64,000 nucleotides of DNA. Source: a virus. Taxonomy: Duplodnaviria > Caudoviricetes. The notes under the pieces were generated by a model that saw only the letters and a list, made by a program, of their open reading frames with translations, had not been told where the DNA came from and searched no databases. Within the stretch, counting starts at the first letter, position 1. Every line of letters begins with the position of its first letter. The DNA lies in IMG/VR virus record IMGVR_UViG_3300032373_000001; one strand, given 5' to 3'. A program made the position numbers and the translations under genes. Of the stretch, positions 36,081-45,083 are shown piece after piece.

Positions 36081-36587
36081 TCATGCGTCCTCCAGCGCCT
36101 TCATGAGCGTACCCTGCAGACCCAAGAGGGTGTCTCCGAGGGCGACCATCCGAGGATTCGGGCGAGCCCGCTTCCGGACTCGATAAAGCTCCTCCACTGC
36201 ATCCTCGGGCGAGCGATGCAGGGCCAAGAGAATGAGCGCTGCCGTCGTAGAGCGCGACACCCCGGCAGCGCAGTGGATCAGGGTGCGTCCCTTGAGGGAC
36301 CCGCCGAAATTGATGAGGCTCAGAATGTCCCGGCGAGTGGGCGGGCGAAGGGCACTATGCCCTTCCTCTGAGAGGTCATCGAACTCCAGCCGCAGCTTCG
36401 GTATGCGCAGGGCATTCCAGTGCTGCCACCCACCCGGGGGGGTGCCTACCTCTGGCGGAGTGCCGACTATAGAGATGATGGCGTCGAACGGGCCTTCGAC
36501 CTCTTCGTCCTCGTAGTCGTCCCAGGCGCTACCATGGAGAAGCACCTCTTCGCAAGTTTCGTGATCGGTGATGACGAGGCTTTCCAT
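36081..36587 (-). CDS. Protein tyrosine / dual-specificity phosphatase
   Basis: LIHCAAGVSRSTT (HCx5R), FDD general-acid loop, RARPNPRMV. Confidence 0.9.
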   Translation of the reverse strand: MESLVITDHETCEEVLLHGSAWDDYEDEEVEGPFDAIISIVGTPPEVGTPPGGWQHWNALRIPKLRLEFDDLSEEGHSALRPPTRRDILSLINFGGSLKGRTLIHCAAGVSRSTTAALILLALHRSPEDAVEELYRVRKRARPNPRMVALGDTLLGLQGTLMKALEDA

Positions 36588-36617
36588 GCACCCCTTTTAC
36601 CGGACCCTGAAAAACGC

Positions 36618-36646
36618 AAAAAGCCCCCGGCGGAGATGCCGGGGGC
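36618..36646 (-). terminator. Intrinsic terminator
   Basis: GCCCCCGGC-ATCTCC-GCCGGGGGC-TTTTTGCGTTTTT. Confidence 0.85.
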
Positions 36647-36666
36647 CGTGTGGGTGGGGGTCTAAG

Positions 36667-37173
36667 CTACTTCTTCCAACAGAGTTCCGCGCAGTACATG
36701 TTGCCGCCGACCACCTTCCCAGTGCGGCGATCCTTGCGCTGCTTGGACTTGGCCTTGGGAGCACCGCACTTCGGGCAACGGTGCTCCCGCTTCGGGATGT
36801 CCGCGTAGGCTTCACGTGCCCGCCGGACGGTGCGTTCGACGATGCTTTCCACGGAACTGCCCGCACGGTTGATGCGGCGTTCCTTGAACACGCCGCGCTC
36901 CTCGCCGTTGTTCTTGGTGTAGACGACAATCACTCGAACGGCATCGCTGCCGACGCCGCGCGCTTCGAGGCTGCTGCCTCCTCGGGTCCGGACCGCCGAA
37001 GTGTAGACCCGAACCTTCATGCGGGGGACGGTTCGATGGGGGAACTCGAAGACCAACTCGTTGGTTTTCGGGAGGCGGACCTCCCGAAAACCTTTCGCGT
37101 AGAGGGTTTGGGTCAGGCCCCAAGCCAACGTCTCCCGGTGACCACGGTTCCGGGGATCGTATTTGACGGTCAT
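36667..37173 (-). CDS. Hypothetical protein with C-terminal Zn ribbon (start revised to ATG 37173)
   Basis: GGAG SD; CPKC...YCAELC; ATG 37212 overlaps the promoter -10. Confidence 0.7.
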   Translation of the reverse strand: MTVKYDPRNRGHRETLAWGLTQTLYAKGFREVRLPKTNELVFEFPHRTVPRMKVRVYTSAVRTRGGSSLEARGVGSDAVRVIVVYTKNNGEERGVFKERRINRAGSSVESIVERTVRRAREAYADIPKREHRCPKCGAPKAKSKQRKDRRTGKVVGGNMYCAELCWKK

Positions 37174-37211
37174 GGCATGCTCCAGGATATGAGGGTGATA
37201 TCTCACCCTCA

Positions 37212-37240
37212 TTACGGCACCCCTGCCGCCCCGAAATCAA
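37212..37240 (-). promoter_or_regulatory. Conserved promoter TTGATT-N17-CCGTAA
   Basis: TTGATT TCGGGGCGGCAGGGGTG CCGTAA. Confidence 0.75.
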
Positions 37241-38640
37241 CCCTTGAGGAGATTCGGGAATTTCAGCTCAGCACCGGCACCCAGGACCCGGTCGATGGCT
37301 GAACCCAGGGACAGGGGGGGCGGGAACGCGGTCGACCGATCCTCGACCGCGTTGACGATGCGGCTCATCTCGCCCTGGTCGACGGCAGTGTTCTGGAGGC
37401 GCTCGACCGAACACCTCAGGTCCTCCAGGTCTCGGAGGAGGAAGGCCATCTGATCCGAAACCTTGCCGGCGTCTGCATAGGGGGCTGGAACCGTGACCTG
37501 TTCTTCGACCAAGAGCTTGAGTCGTTCGAATGCCGCCCACAGCTCCTTGGGGTCCCCCGACTGCGATGCGTCGATCATCCCCGAGAGGCGCTGCTCGACC
37601 ATCTTGATGTTGGAGTTGGTCACCAGGGCAGTCGCCCTCGCCTGCTTTCGGACGAACTGCTCCAGCTCATCCACCTTGGTTGTGACCGCACGTCGGAGGG
37701 CGACGTTTTGCTGACGGAGCTGCTCTTGGCTCTCCAGGGCCTGATCCATGAGGTTGTGTGCGCGGGCGATCTGATCCATGAGACTGGTGTTCATGGCCCG
37801 GAGAGAGTCCAGTTGCTCCCCGTGCTTCTGGGCGCGAGCATCAGCCTCCCCCAGAGCTGCCTCCAACTTCTGGAGACGGGAGTCCTGGAAGGACTGAGCG
37901 GCAGGGGACTTTTCCGTTGCGGGAGGGGGGGACTCTTCGCTTGCCGGGACCGCCTCGTCCGGTTCCGGGGCAGGCTCGGAGGTCAGCGCTGCCGCCTGCT
38001 CTTTCGCGTGAAGTACCGGGACCATCGACAACCGCATGGTCCCGTAGTTGGTCTTCTTGCCGTAGATCTCAAAGTAGAGGCGCTCTGCGGTTTGTGTCCG
38101 GGGGTTATGACCCCCTTGAAGCATGCACCAGACAGCACCGAAGATGACCGGCCTGCTCTTGTACTGGCTGAGGAGCTCCCCCGCGAAGCTGTTCCGGAGG
38201 TCTGAGAGATGCACCGCCTTCTGAGCATCCCGGATCGCCTGCTCCTTGAGCCTCCGAGGGATGAGGGCGAAGTCCCGCGCTGCGATTCGCACGTTCTCCA
38301 TGAGGTACGGGTAGCTCCCCTTCTTGCGGACCCCGGAAGAGAGGTTGCGGTACAGCTCCTCGGGGTAGTCCACGCTCAAGGGTGCGTCGGTGACTGCGGA
38401 CAGCCCCTCCACTGCCTCTCCCACCGACTTGTAGTAGATCAGGCAATGGGAGCGAGACTCACCGCCCCACGCTCGTGCTGTCCGGTCTGTGATAGGGACC
38501 TGGGTCTTCACGAAGAGGACCTTGGCCCAAGGGGGGACCCTGGACACCCGAGGCCCCAAGACCACTGGGGTGTACCCCCGGTCCCGCAACACGGATGCCA
38601 GCTTCTCTGCGATGGAATCCCCGACCACTGCTACACGCAT
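37237..38640 (-). CDS. Coiled-coil protein with N-terminal alpha/beta domain
   Basis: MRVAVVGD... N-terminus; long heptad region LEAALGEADARAQ...LEQFVR. Confidence 0.7.
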   Translation of the reverse strand: MRVAVVGDSIAEKLASVLRDRGYTPVVLGPRVSRVPPWAKVLFVKTQVPITDRTARAWGGESRSHCLIYYKSVGEAVEGLSAVTDAPLSVDYPEELYRNLSSGVRKKGSYPYLMENVRIAARDFALIPRRLKEQAIRDAQKAVHLSDLRNSFAGELLSQYKSRPVIFGAVWCMLQGGHNPRTQTAERLYFEIYGKKTNYGTMRLSMVPVLHAKEQAAALTSEPAPEPDEAVPASEESPPPATEKSPAAQSFQDSRLQKLEAALGEADARAQKHGEQLDSLRAMNTSLMDQIARAHNLMDQALESQEQLRQQNVALRRAVTTKVDELEQFVRKQARATALVTNSNIKMVEQRLSGMIDASQSGDPKELWAAFERLKLLVEEQVTVPAPYADAGKVSDQMAFLLRDLEDLRCSVERLQNTAVDQGEMSRIVNAVEDRSTAFPPPLSLGSAIDRVLGAGAELKFPNLLKG

Positions 38641-38672
38641 TAAGCACCTCCTTTGGTTGGAGGCACTTACCG
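38641..38672 (-). promoter_or_regulatory. CGGTAA element overlapping an 11-bp SD-sequestering hairpin
   Basis: CGG-TAAGTGCCTCC-AACCAAA-GGAGGTGCTTA-ATG (two G-U pairs). Confidence 0.75.
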
Positions 38673-38678
38673 GGCAAG

Positions 38679-39767
38679 CTAATCTCGGTGCTTGGACTCC
38701 AGGCCCACCCGGTCCGCAACCCGGTGAAACAGTTTGCCGTGGGGGTCACCGCCGGGGCTCTTGAGGGCCAAGTGCAAAGCCTCGTGCAAGAGGACCTGAC
38801 GGAAGTACTCCTTCGACTTCATCGCCGAAGGGTTGATGCTGATGACCGCATAGGGGCGGCGATCAGTGGGGGGCTCTACCAGACCCACAGTCCCCGGTTT
38901 CAGCCGAATGGTGCTGAAGGCAATGGAATAGCTCCCTGGGGGGAATGAGGGCAGGTTGCCTGTCTCTTCGGCGACAGCTGCGCAGACCTCTGCCAACACC
39001 TTCTTGAAGGCTGGACGCAATAGCTTCTTGGTGTTTTCCCAACGCACCTTCTGCTCTCGATAAGCCTCACGCCAGGGGGAGCGATCGCCCTCGCCCCTGG
39101 ACCAAACATAGACCCGTTCCCAGTGATCTTCGATGAGGGAACCCTCCGATTGGAGCCCCTCCCCCAAAGGGGCGCGCCAGTTGCCCGAAGCATCCTCGGG
39201 GAAAACCGCCGTGGTCAAGGTCCAATACTCACCGTGAACGAAGAACCTGCTCTCCACCCGAACCACCTGGGGGAGCATCGGCGTCGGGACCTGAGCCGAC
39301 CAGCCCCCAAAGGTCAAGGATCCCTTCGCGGGACGCCAAATTGCCTTCTTGGTCACCGACGCCAGGGCGAACATGAAGCTCTCCAGCCCGTCCAACCGTC
39401 CCTTGTAATAGGTGCGCGGGGTCAACCAGTGCTGCAAGGCGCTCTGGACGCTGAGTGAGGTAGCCGTGGGTATCTGGACATCTTCCAGCACGCACCGCCC
39501 CACGAACACATCCTTGGGGGTGGCGATGACGTTCTTGCCGTCCAGCTCTAAGTCATAGCCAACCACCTCCCCATAGCGGCGGATGACGCCGACGATCTTG
39601 GCGTCCTTGCCCCGCAGGGGCAACAGCTCGCCTCCTGCAACAGGACTCACCTCCACAACCTTGCCGACCTCGGCTCCCTCTCGGGAGACATCCAGGTCCA
39701 GGTTGGCTTCAAGCGGGGACTTGCGGTCCCCCACGCTCACGGAGGAAGAAGTCTTGGAGGGGCTCAT
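38679..39767 (-). CDS. SprT-like zinc metalloprotease domain protein
   Basis: ISINP...VLLHEALHLAL...PHGKLFHRVA. Confidence 0.8.
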   Translation of the reverse strand: MSPSKTSSSVSVGDRKSPLEANLDLDVSREGAEVGKVVEVSPVAGGELLPLRGKDAKIVGVIRRYGEVVGYDLELDGKNVIATPKDVFVGRCVLEDVQIPTATSLSVQSALQHWLTPRTYYKGRLDGLESFMFALASVTKKAIWRPAKGSLTFGGWSAQVPTPMLPQVVRVESRFFVHGEYWTLTTAVFPEDASGNWRAPLGEGLQSEGSLIEDHWERVYVWSRGEGDRSPWREAYREQKVRWENTKKLLRPAFKKVLAEVCAAVAEETGNLPSFPPGSYSIAFSTIRLKPGTVGLVEPPTDRRPYAVISINPSAMKSKEYFRQVLLHEALHLALKSPGGDPHGKLFHRVADRVGLESKHRD

Positions 39768-39937
39768 TTCTTGCTCAGCTCTCTCGCACGTGCGACGACC
39801 TCCTCGTCCAAGAGGGTGTCGATTGCCGCTTCGATGGCGCGGCTCGTCGTGGTGCCCTGATGGCGATCCCCCGTCAGGACCTCCAGACGGTCGAAGATCT
39901 CATCGCGAAGGATCGCACGGAAGGTGGTGTTGCTCAT
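39764..39937 (-). CDS. Small ribbon-helix-helix-like protein (57 aa, not in ORF track)
   Basis: MSNTTFRAILRDEIFDRLEVLTGDRHQGTTTSRAIEAAIDTLL; TGATG and ATGA couplings on both sides. Confidence 0.55.
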   Translation of the reverse strand: MSNTTFRAILRDEIFDRLEVLTGDRHQGTTTSRAIEAAIDTLLDEEVVARARELSKK

Positions 39938-41307
39938 CAGACTCTCCTAAGTGCAGGGGGCTGGCTGGACCGGACCTTGACCCGGATGACCTCGGGCTCC
40001 TGGGGCTCCTGGGGCTCGTCGCCACCCCCCAAGTTGTCGAAGGGATCCCCTTCCAGCGAGCGGCCCTCGGGGGAGGGGGGATCGTAATCCGGAGCCGGGG
40101 ACATGTAGAGGACCAGGTTGACCTCTTGCTCGAACTTGCCGATGCCGTGAGTCATCAGACGCTCCACGACAGCCCGCAAGAAGGCCCCGCTCAAGCCCTC
40201 AGTCTGCCCCACTACTTGGCGGAACATCTCAGGGTCATCCTCGAAGCCGGTGAAGTTCATCGACTGGGCGTAGTGCTGGAGGATGAGAGCACGGTCCGAC
40301 TCGGCCGGCAAGTAGAGGGTGATGGTCTCTTCGATGCGCCCAGGGCGCATGCCCTCAAAGTGCCAGCTGCCCGGTTTTGGCTCCAGGTCGGCCATCTTCC
40401 CGCTGAGCATCATCGTGACGATGACGAGCGTGTCGGGGGAGCGGAGCAGCTCCAGGACACTGAGGAACAGGCCCGTGTACCGAGGGTTGCTCAGCTCCAG
40501 GTCGTCCAACAACAAGACCGTTGGGCGGAACCACTTCAGGACCCCCATCAGGTCTTCTTCGCTGAACTTGTGGAGGGCGTCGCCCGAGATCTTGAGGGTG
40601 CGCCCGTCGCCTCGCTTCAGGCCGCGAGAGATGTGCTGGGCCAAGGTACTCTTGCCGACTCCGGTCGGCCCCCGGAGCAAAAGCGTCCGGGGGCCTGGAG
40701 GGTACGCCTTGACTCGGTTGACCCAGTAGTCCACGTCTTGCTGGTGGCTGAGGTAGGGGCCAAGAGGCTCCATCGGGGCCAAGGTGATGCCTGTGCTGCC
40801 TGTGCGACGAATGCTGAGGCGGTCGCTTCGGTCCCAGAGGAATTCCAACGCATCCCGGAGGGCATCATCGCCGCGAGTGGGGTTCTTGAAGAAGCTGACG
40901 GAGCTCTCTTCCCTCAGGAAGCCAAAGCAGGGGTGGCCCTCCCCATCCCTCCAGATGTAAGCGTGAACTCCTTCTTCAAAGGGGATGCTCTCAGAACCTC
41001 CCCGTTTGTGCAACTCCTGGTACAAGAACAGCTCCAGAGGCACCTCTTCGTAGTAGAGGCCGATGCTGGTCATGAAGTGCCAGGGGTGAACCTTGGGGTA
41101 CAGGAAGTCCGTCACGCCCTTGATGGCCCCCACTCCCGCGAGGAACTGGCTGAGGTAGCCGCCTCCACGAGCGTGCCAGAGGATCTCCAGGATGCTGACT
41201 GCCCCGTTGAAGTACTCCTCATTGTTCCGGAGCCACAAGACCCAGGGTGGGATCTCGCTCGGGTCTGCAGTCGCCTTCTTCTTTGAGGGGGTCGGTCCTC
41301 TTGACAT
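39937..41307 (-). CDS. AAA+ ATPase with N-terminal hydrophobic region (start revised to ATG 41307)
   Basis: LLLRGPTGVGKS, VLLLDDLE, MRPGRIE, TEGLSGAFL. Confidence 0.85.
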   Translation of the reverse strand: MSRGPTPSKKKATADPSEIPPWVLWLRNNEEYFNGAVSILEILWHARGGGYLSQFLAGVGAIKGVTDFLYPKVHPWHFMTSIGLYYEEVPLELFLYQELHKRGGSESIPFEEGVHAYIWRDGEGHPCFGFLREESSVSFFKNPTRGDDALRDALEFLWDRSDRLSIRRTGSTGITLAPMEPLGPYLSHQQDVDYWVNRVKAYPPGPRTLLLRGPTGVGKSTLAQHISRGLKRGDGRTLKISGDALHKFSEEDLMGVLKWFRPTVLLLDDLELSNPRYTGLFLSVLELLRSPDTLVIVTMMLSGKMADLEPKPGSWHFEGMRPGRIEETITLYLPAESDRALILQHYAQSMNFTGFEDDPEMFRQVVGQTEGLSGAFLRAVVERLMTHGIGKFEQEVNLVLYMSPAPDYDPPSPEGRSLEGDPFDNLGGGDEPQEPQEPEVIRVKVRSSQPPALRRV

Positions 41308-41309
41308 CG

Positions 41310-41660
41310 CTACTTCTTCCTCCGTCGTTTGGAAGTGACTGGGGTGGCTCGGGTGGTGGGAGGGGCTGGCCCCTCCCCTCCGGCAGGAACCACCCGAGCC
41401 CCATTCAAGACTCGATAGGGGCAGGCCCCACACTTGGACTCTTTCATGAGGTAGAGGCCACAGGCCCCTTGCCACACGCGAATCTTCGCGTATGTCGCAG
41501 AGTCGACTTGCTCGCGGACCATCTGGACTGCTTGGTCCAGAGGCATGTCCCCGGCCGGAGGACCGTAGGCAACCATCTCGATGGGGGGCCACTGAACCCC
41601 CACCGCGCATGACAGCTCCCCCTCGGGCAACTCCAGCTTCCCCATCCGGTACTTCGGCAC
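41310..41660 (-). CDS. Hypothetical protein
   Basis: AGGAGG SD before GTG; basic tail. Confidence 0.55.
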   Translation of the reverse strand: MPKYRMGKLELPEGELSCAVGVQWPPIEMVAYGPPAGDMPLDQAVQMVREQVDSATYAKIRVWQGACGLYLMKESKCGACPYRVLNGARVVPAGGEGPAPPTTRATPVTSKRRRKK

Positions 41661-41668
41661 GGAACCTC

Positions 41669-44494
41669 CTACAGACCCTCGGCGATGGCAACAGCCTTGA
41701 ACTCTTGAACGGCGACCTTAAAGGTCTCGCCGACCAAATCGTACCCGTGCTCGTCCACCACACGCAGGTCATCCATCCCCTTGCCTCGACAACGGAGCAG
41801 GGCGCGGGCGACCCGCTCGGCGTTCTCGGGAGTCAGACGGTTGCTACTGAGGACAAAGCGGTGGATGCCATCGACGACGTCCATCGGAAGGCCCCCCTCT
41901 TCCGCTTCCTCTTCTTCCTTGGGGGGAGGGGGCTTCAGGAGGGAGGACGCGGAGTCCTCCGGGAGGGAATCTACATCCACCCCCTCAACCGGCTTGCCTC
42001 CGTGACTGAGGTAGTTGGCGTAGCCCTTCGGGAAGACCTTGACCAACTCCGATGTCCAGTCGCCACCGCCCTGATTGTAGCTCATCTCGGTGTAGTTGTA
42101 GGGGACGGTCCAGTCGTCGCCGAACTCGATGTCGACCTTCAGGGGAACCTGCCAGGGGAGGTTCTTGGTGGTATCGAAGCACATGATGCGTTCGATTAGC
42201 TCCAGGGCCTCCTCGGCGATAGAGTCGTGGATCTCGAAGACCAGCTCATCGTGGATGGTGATGACCATGTAGATGAGGTCCGCACCGCTCTTGCGGAGGA
42301 TCCACCCCTTCTTCTTGAACGCCCGATACAAGAGGCCCATAGCCAGCTTCATAATGTCGGCCGAACCGCCCTGGACGGGACCGTTCACAGCGTTGCGCTC
42401 CGCCTTGGATCGGAACTTCATGAACTCGTGGTCGATGTCCGGCACCGGGTACTTCCGCCCGAACGGAGTCATCACATACTTCCACTTCTTGGCCAGGGCG
42501 TGCTGCTGCGACCACCACCGCTGAAGGACCCTGTAGGTCTTGTCGAACTGATGCTTGATGCGCCAGCCTTCTTCCTTGCCGCAGTTGTCGACGCTGCGCA
42601 TAACGGCGGTGCCGGTCCCTCCATAACAGAGGAGAAAATTTACGATCTTGCCGTCCTGACGCTTCATCTTGAAATACTTCGGGTCATCCTCGGGCTTGAT
42701 ACCGTAGATGTTCATGGTGGTGAGCGTGTGAAGGTCCCCAATCTTATCGGAACCGCACTCAGGGCAGAACGGGGGCGGGCGCTTGTCCCGCTCGAAGAGA
42801 AAGTCGCACTTCGAGCAGTGGAAGAACTCGTGGAGCCACTTGGGCTCGCCGCTCAGGTTGGTGACGATCCGGAGCTCGACGCCAGAGTAGTCGACGGCAT
42901 AGGACCGGAACTTGCCCTCGAACCCTTCCAGGGCAATGCGCGTCGCCGGGCGCGCGGCGATGACCTCTCGCTGGCGGTAGACGCACTCCGGCGGGGGGTT
43001 CTTCTTGTCGTAGTAAGCAGCCTTGGTGCTCTGGACGTTCCAGTTGACCTGACCGTGAAACTCCTTCTTGTTTCGAGGAGTAGGAGTGCTGAACCGGCCC
43101 GTTTCCACCTTCAGCCCATTGAAGTTGGCCCACACGCAGCCGTCCGGGCTGCGCTCGGGGGTGGTGTCTCGGTAGAGGTTGAACAGGACGTTGCCCAGCG
43201 CCTTGGTCACCTCACGGAACCGGCTGATCTTCTTCATCCACGGATAGGCTTCCCCGGCTTCGGAGATGACGGCTTCCAGCACATCCTTCGATGTCTTGAC
43301 CTGCCCCGAAGCGGCGGTTGCGATGAGGTTGGGCACCCCCAACTCCCGGAACAGCTTGCCCAGCTCTGAGGGGATGGTCACGTCGTAGCAGCCGGGGAAG
43401 TTGACCGACTCAAGCTCTATCTTAGCCGAAAGTTCCTCCCCGTCTTTGCGGAGCTTGACGACCGACTTTTGGGTGGTCATCGCGGAGTCCTTCGGGACTC
43501 GCCGCATACACTGCGCCCGGAACTCCATGTAGTCGGGGCTGACGAGGTCGGGGTCGAAGGTGCGCTCCATCTCCCGGAACCAGTTGGGGCGAGCGTCCCG
43601 GTCCAGGACCTCTTCCACCGCATCGTACACCTCAACCAGACAGTCCCACCACTCCTTCTGGCCCTTTTGAAGCAGCTCCACCAGCCGCTCGCGGTCTACA
43701 TAGATGCGGCACTGCTCCATGTAGAGCGTTCCCAGGGCGCAGACCTTCTCGATGAGGTACACGGTCTTCTGGGAGTTGCCGAAGGAATCCTTCTCAACCA
43801 CCAACGGCAGGTTGATTTCGGTCAAGGCGAAGGTACACATCGCGTCGGACGCTGCGTACCAGAGCGTCGGGGTCCAGCGAGGATCCAGCTTACTGAAGTT
43901 GTACTCTTTCTTCTTGCCCTTGTCGATGATGAACAGCTCTTTCAGCTCAATCATCTCACGATCCAACAGCCGCTTCGACTGCGCCTTGAGTCCCTTGGTC
44001 TTGTCGCGGGAGTCCTTGAGGTAGGTGAGGATGAGGTTGTCTTCCCAGGTGTTGGGATCGTCCCAATCCCCGGTAGATCCTGCGGGCTCGTACTTCAAGA
44101 ACTTGATGTCGAACTTGGCGTTGTGGAAGTAGAACTTGACGCCCTTCTCGCGAAGGCGCTTGACCATGGCCACCACCAAACGCGGAGGCACGTTCGCGTC
44201 GGCACCCTGCTCCCGGTGCCGCATTGGGACGTACCAGCCCCGGTCAGGGGTGGTCGCGAAGCACATGCCGACAATCTTGTCGCGGGTGACATACTTGCCG
44301 TCATCCGCGTCGAAGGCGCGCTGGTCGAGCCCGGTCGTCTCCAGGTCCAGGGCAGCCTTCCCTGCCGCAAGAATCTCCGCCTCCAGCTCCGCGAGGCTAT
44401 CCTGCGAGGCAAGGAGAAACGTGCACTTCTCCATCCAAGGCTTGGGGTGTACGGTAGGCTTATTCAGCTCCTCAAACTGGGCGAACAGGTCCAT
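41669..44494 (-). CDS. polA: Family A DNA polymerase with 3'-5' exonuclease
   Basis: ExoI DLETTG, ExoII HNAKFD, ExoIII YAASDA; motif A DYSGVELR, motif B RQDGKIVNFLLCYG, motif C TIHDELVFE. Confidence 0.95.
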   Translation of the reverse strand: MDLFAQFEELNKPTVHPKPWMEKCTFLLASQDSLAELEAEILAAGKAALDLETTGLDQRAFDADDGKYVTRDKIVGMCFATTPDRGWYVPMRHREQGADANVPPRLVVAMVKRLREKGVKFYFHNAKFDIKFLKYEPAGSTGDWDDPNTWEDNLILTYLKDSRDKTKGLKAQSKRLLDREMIELKELFIIDKGKKKEYNFSKLDPRWTPTLWYAASDAMCTFALTEINLPLVVEKDSFGNSQKTVYLIEKVCALGTLYMEQCRIYVDRERLVELLQKGQKEWWDCLVEVYDAVEEVLDRDARPNWFREMERTFDPDLVSPDYMEFRAQCMRRVPKDSAMTTQKSVVKLRKDGEELSAKIELESVNFPGCYDVTIPSELGKLFRELGVPNLIATAASGQVKTSKDVLEAVISEAGEAYPWMKKISRFREVTKALGNVLFNLYRDTTPERSPDGCVWANFNGLKVETGRFSTPTPRNKKEFHGQVNWNVQSTKAAYYDKKNPPPECVYRQREVIAARPATRIALEGFEGKFRSYAVDYSGVELRIVTNLSGEPKWLHEFFHCSKCDFLFERDKRPPPFCPECGSDKIGDLHTLTTMNIYGIKPEDDPKYFKMKRQDGKIVNFLLCYGGTGTAVMRSVDNCGKEEGWRIKHQFDKTYRVLQRWWSQQHALAKKWKYVMTPFGRKYPVPDIDHEFMKFRSKAERNAVNGPVQGGSADIMKLAMGLLYRAFKKKGWILRKSGADLIYMVITIHDELVFEIHDSIAEEALELIERIMCFDTTKNLPWQVPLKVDIEFGDDWTVPYNYTEMSYNQGGGDWTSELVKVFPKGYANYLSHGGKPVEGVDVDSLPEDSASSLLKPPPPKEEEEAEEGGLPMDVVDGIHRFVLSSNRLTPENAERVARALLRCRGKGMDDLRVVDEHGYDLVGETFKVAVQEFKAVAIAEGL

Positions 44495-45083
44495 CAGGGC
44501 TCCGGGTCTTGCGCAAGGCTTCTTTGGTCGTGTGGATGATCTTGTGCATTATTACCCGCACCGGGGCCTGCTGCCCTCCGGCCTCGTATGAAAGCCGGGT
44601 TTTATCGTAGGCTTCCCACAACTTTGCGCAGGAAGTTGGCGGCAAGCTGCGCTCCTGGGTGGTGAGTGAGAGCAGCCGTTCTGTTCGCACAATCATCTGT
44701 TCGGCAGTGATGGACGCATCAAGGGCCTCAGCAACCACCGACCGGGCAGTCTGCTCTTCCTCTTCAGGCTCCCACGGCAGAGGTTGGAGCCCGTAGGACT
44801 TCTCAAGCCTCTTGACGGCTTGCCAGAAGCTCAGGCCCTCTTTCTCCCGGACCAGGGCAATGGCATCCCGGCTCTGGCCGCAAGCAAAGCAGAAGAACTG
44901 CTCGGACTCTGGATAGTATCGGGCGGAGGGCGTGTTGTCCGAACCATCCCCATGAAGGTCGCAGCTAAACTGCTGCCCCCGCTCCCCGTACTCCGGATAG
45001 ATGGAGTAGCCGTAGTCGTGGAGGACCTGGGCCAGGGAGACATCTTCTCGGATCCGATCCGCCGCTCTTCGGAGCCTGCTCAC
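44472..45083 (-). CDS. Stand-alone primase CHC2 zinc-finger protein
   Basis: FSCDLHGDGSDNTPSARYY...FFCFAC..DAIALV.....F..AV..L; no TOPRIM domain. Confidence 0.8.
   Translation of the reverse strand: MSRLRRAADRIREDVSLAQVLHDYGYSIYPEYGERGQQFSCDLHGDGSDNTPSARYYPESEQFFCFACGQSRDAIALVREKEGLSFWQAVKRLEKSYGLQPLPWEPEEEEQTARSVVAEALDASITAEQMIVRTERLLSLTTQERSLPPTSCAKLWEAYDKTRLSYEAGGQQAPVRVIMHKIIHTTKEALRKTRSPDGPVRPV

Noticed and set aside
37173-37212. Track start ATG at 37212
   Set aside because: It overlaps the CCGTAA promoter element; ATG 37173 has a GGAG SD and is preferred
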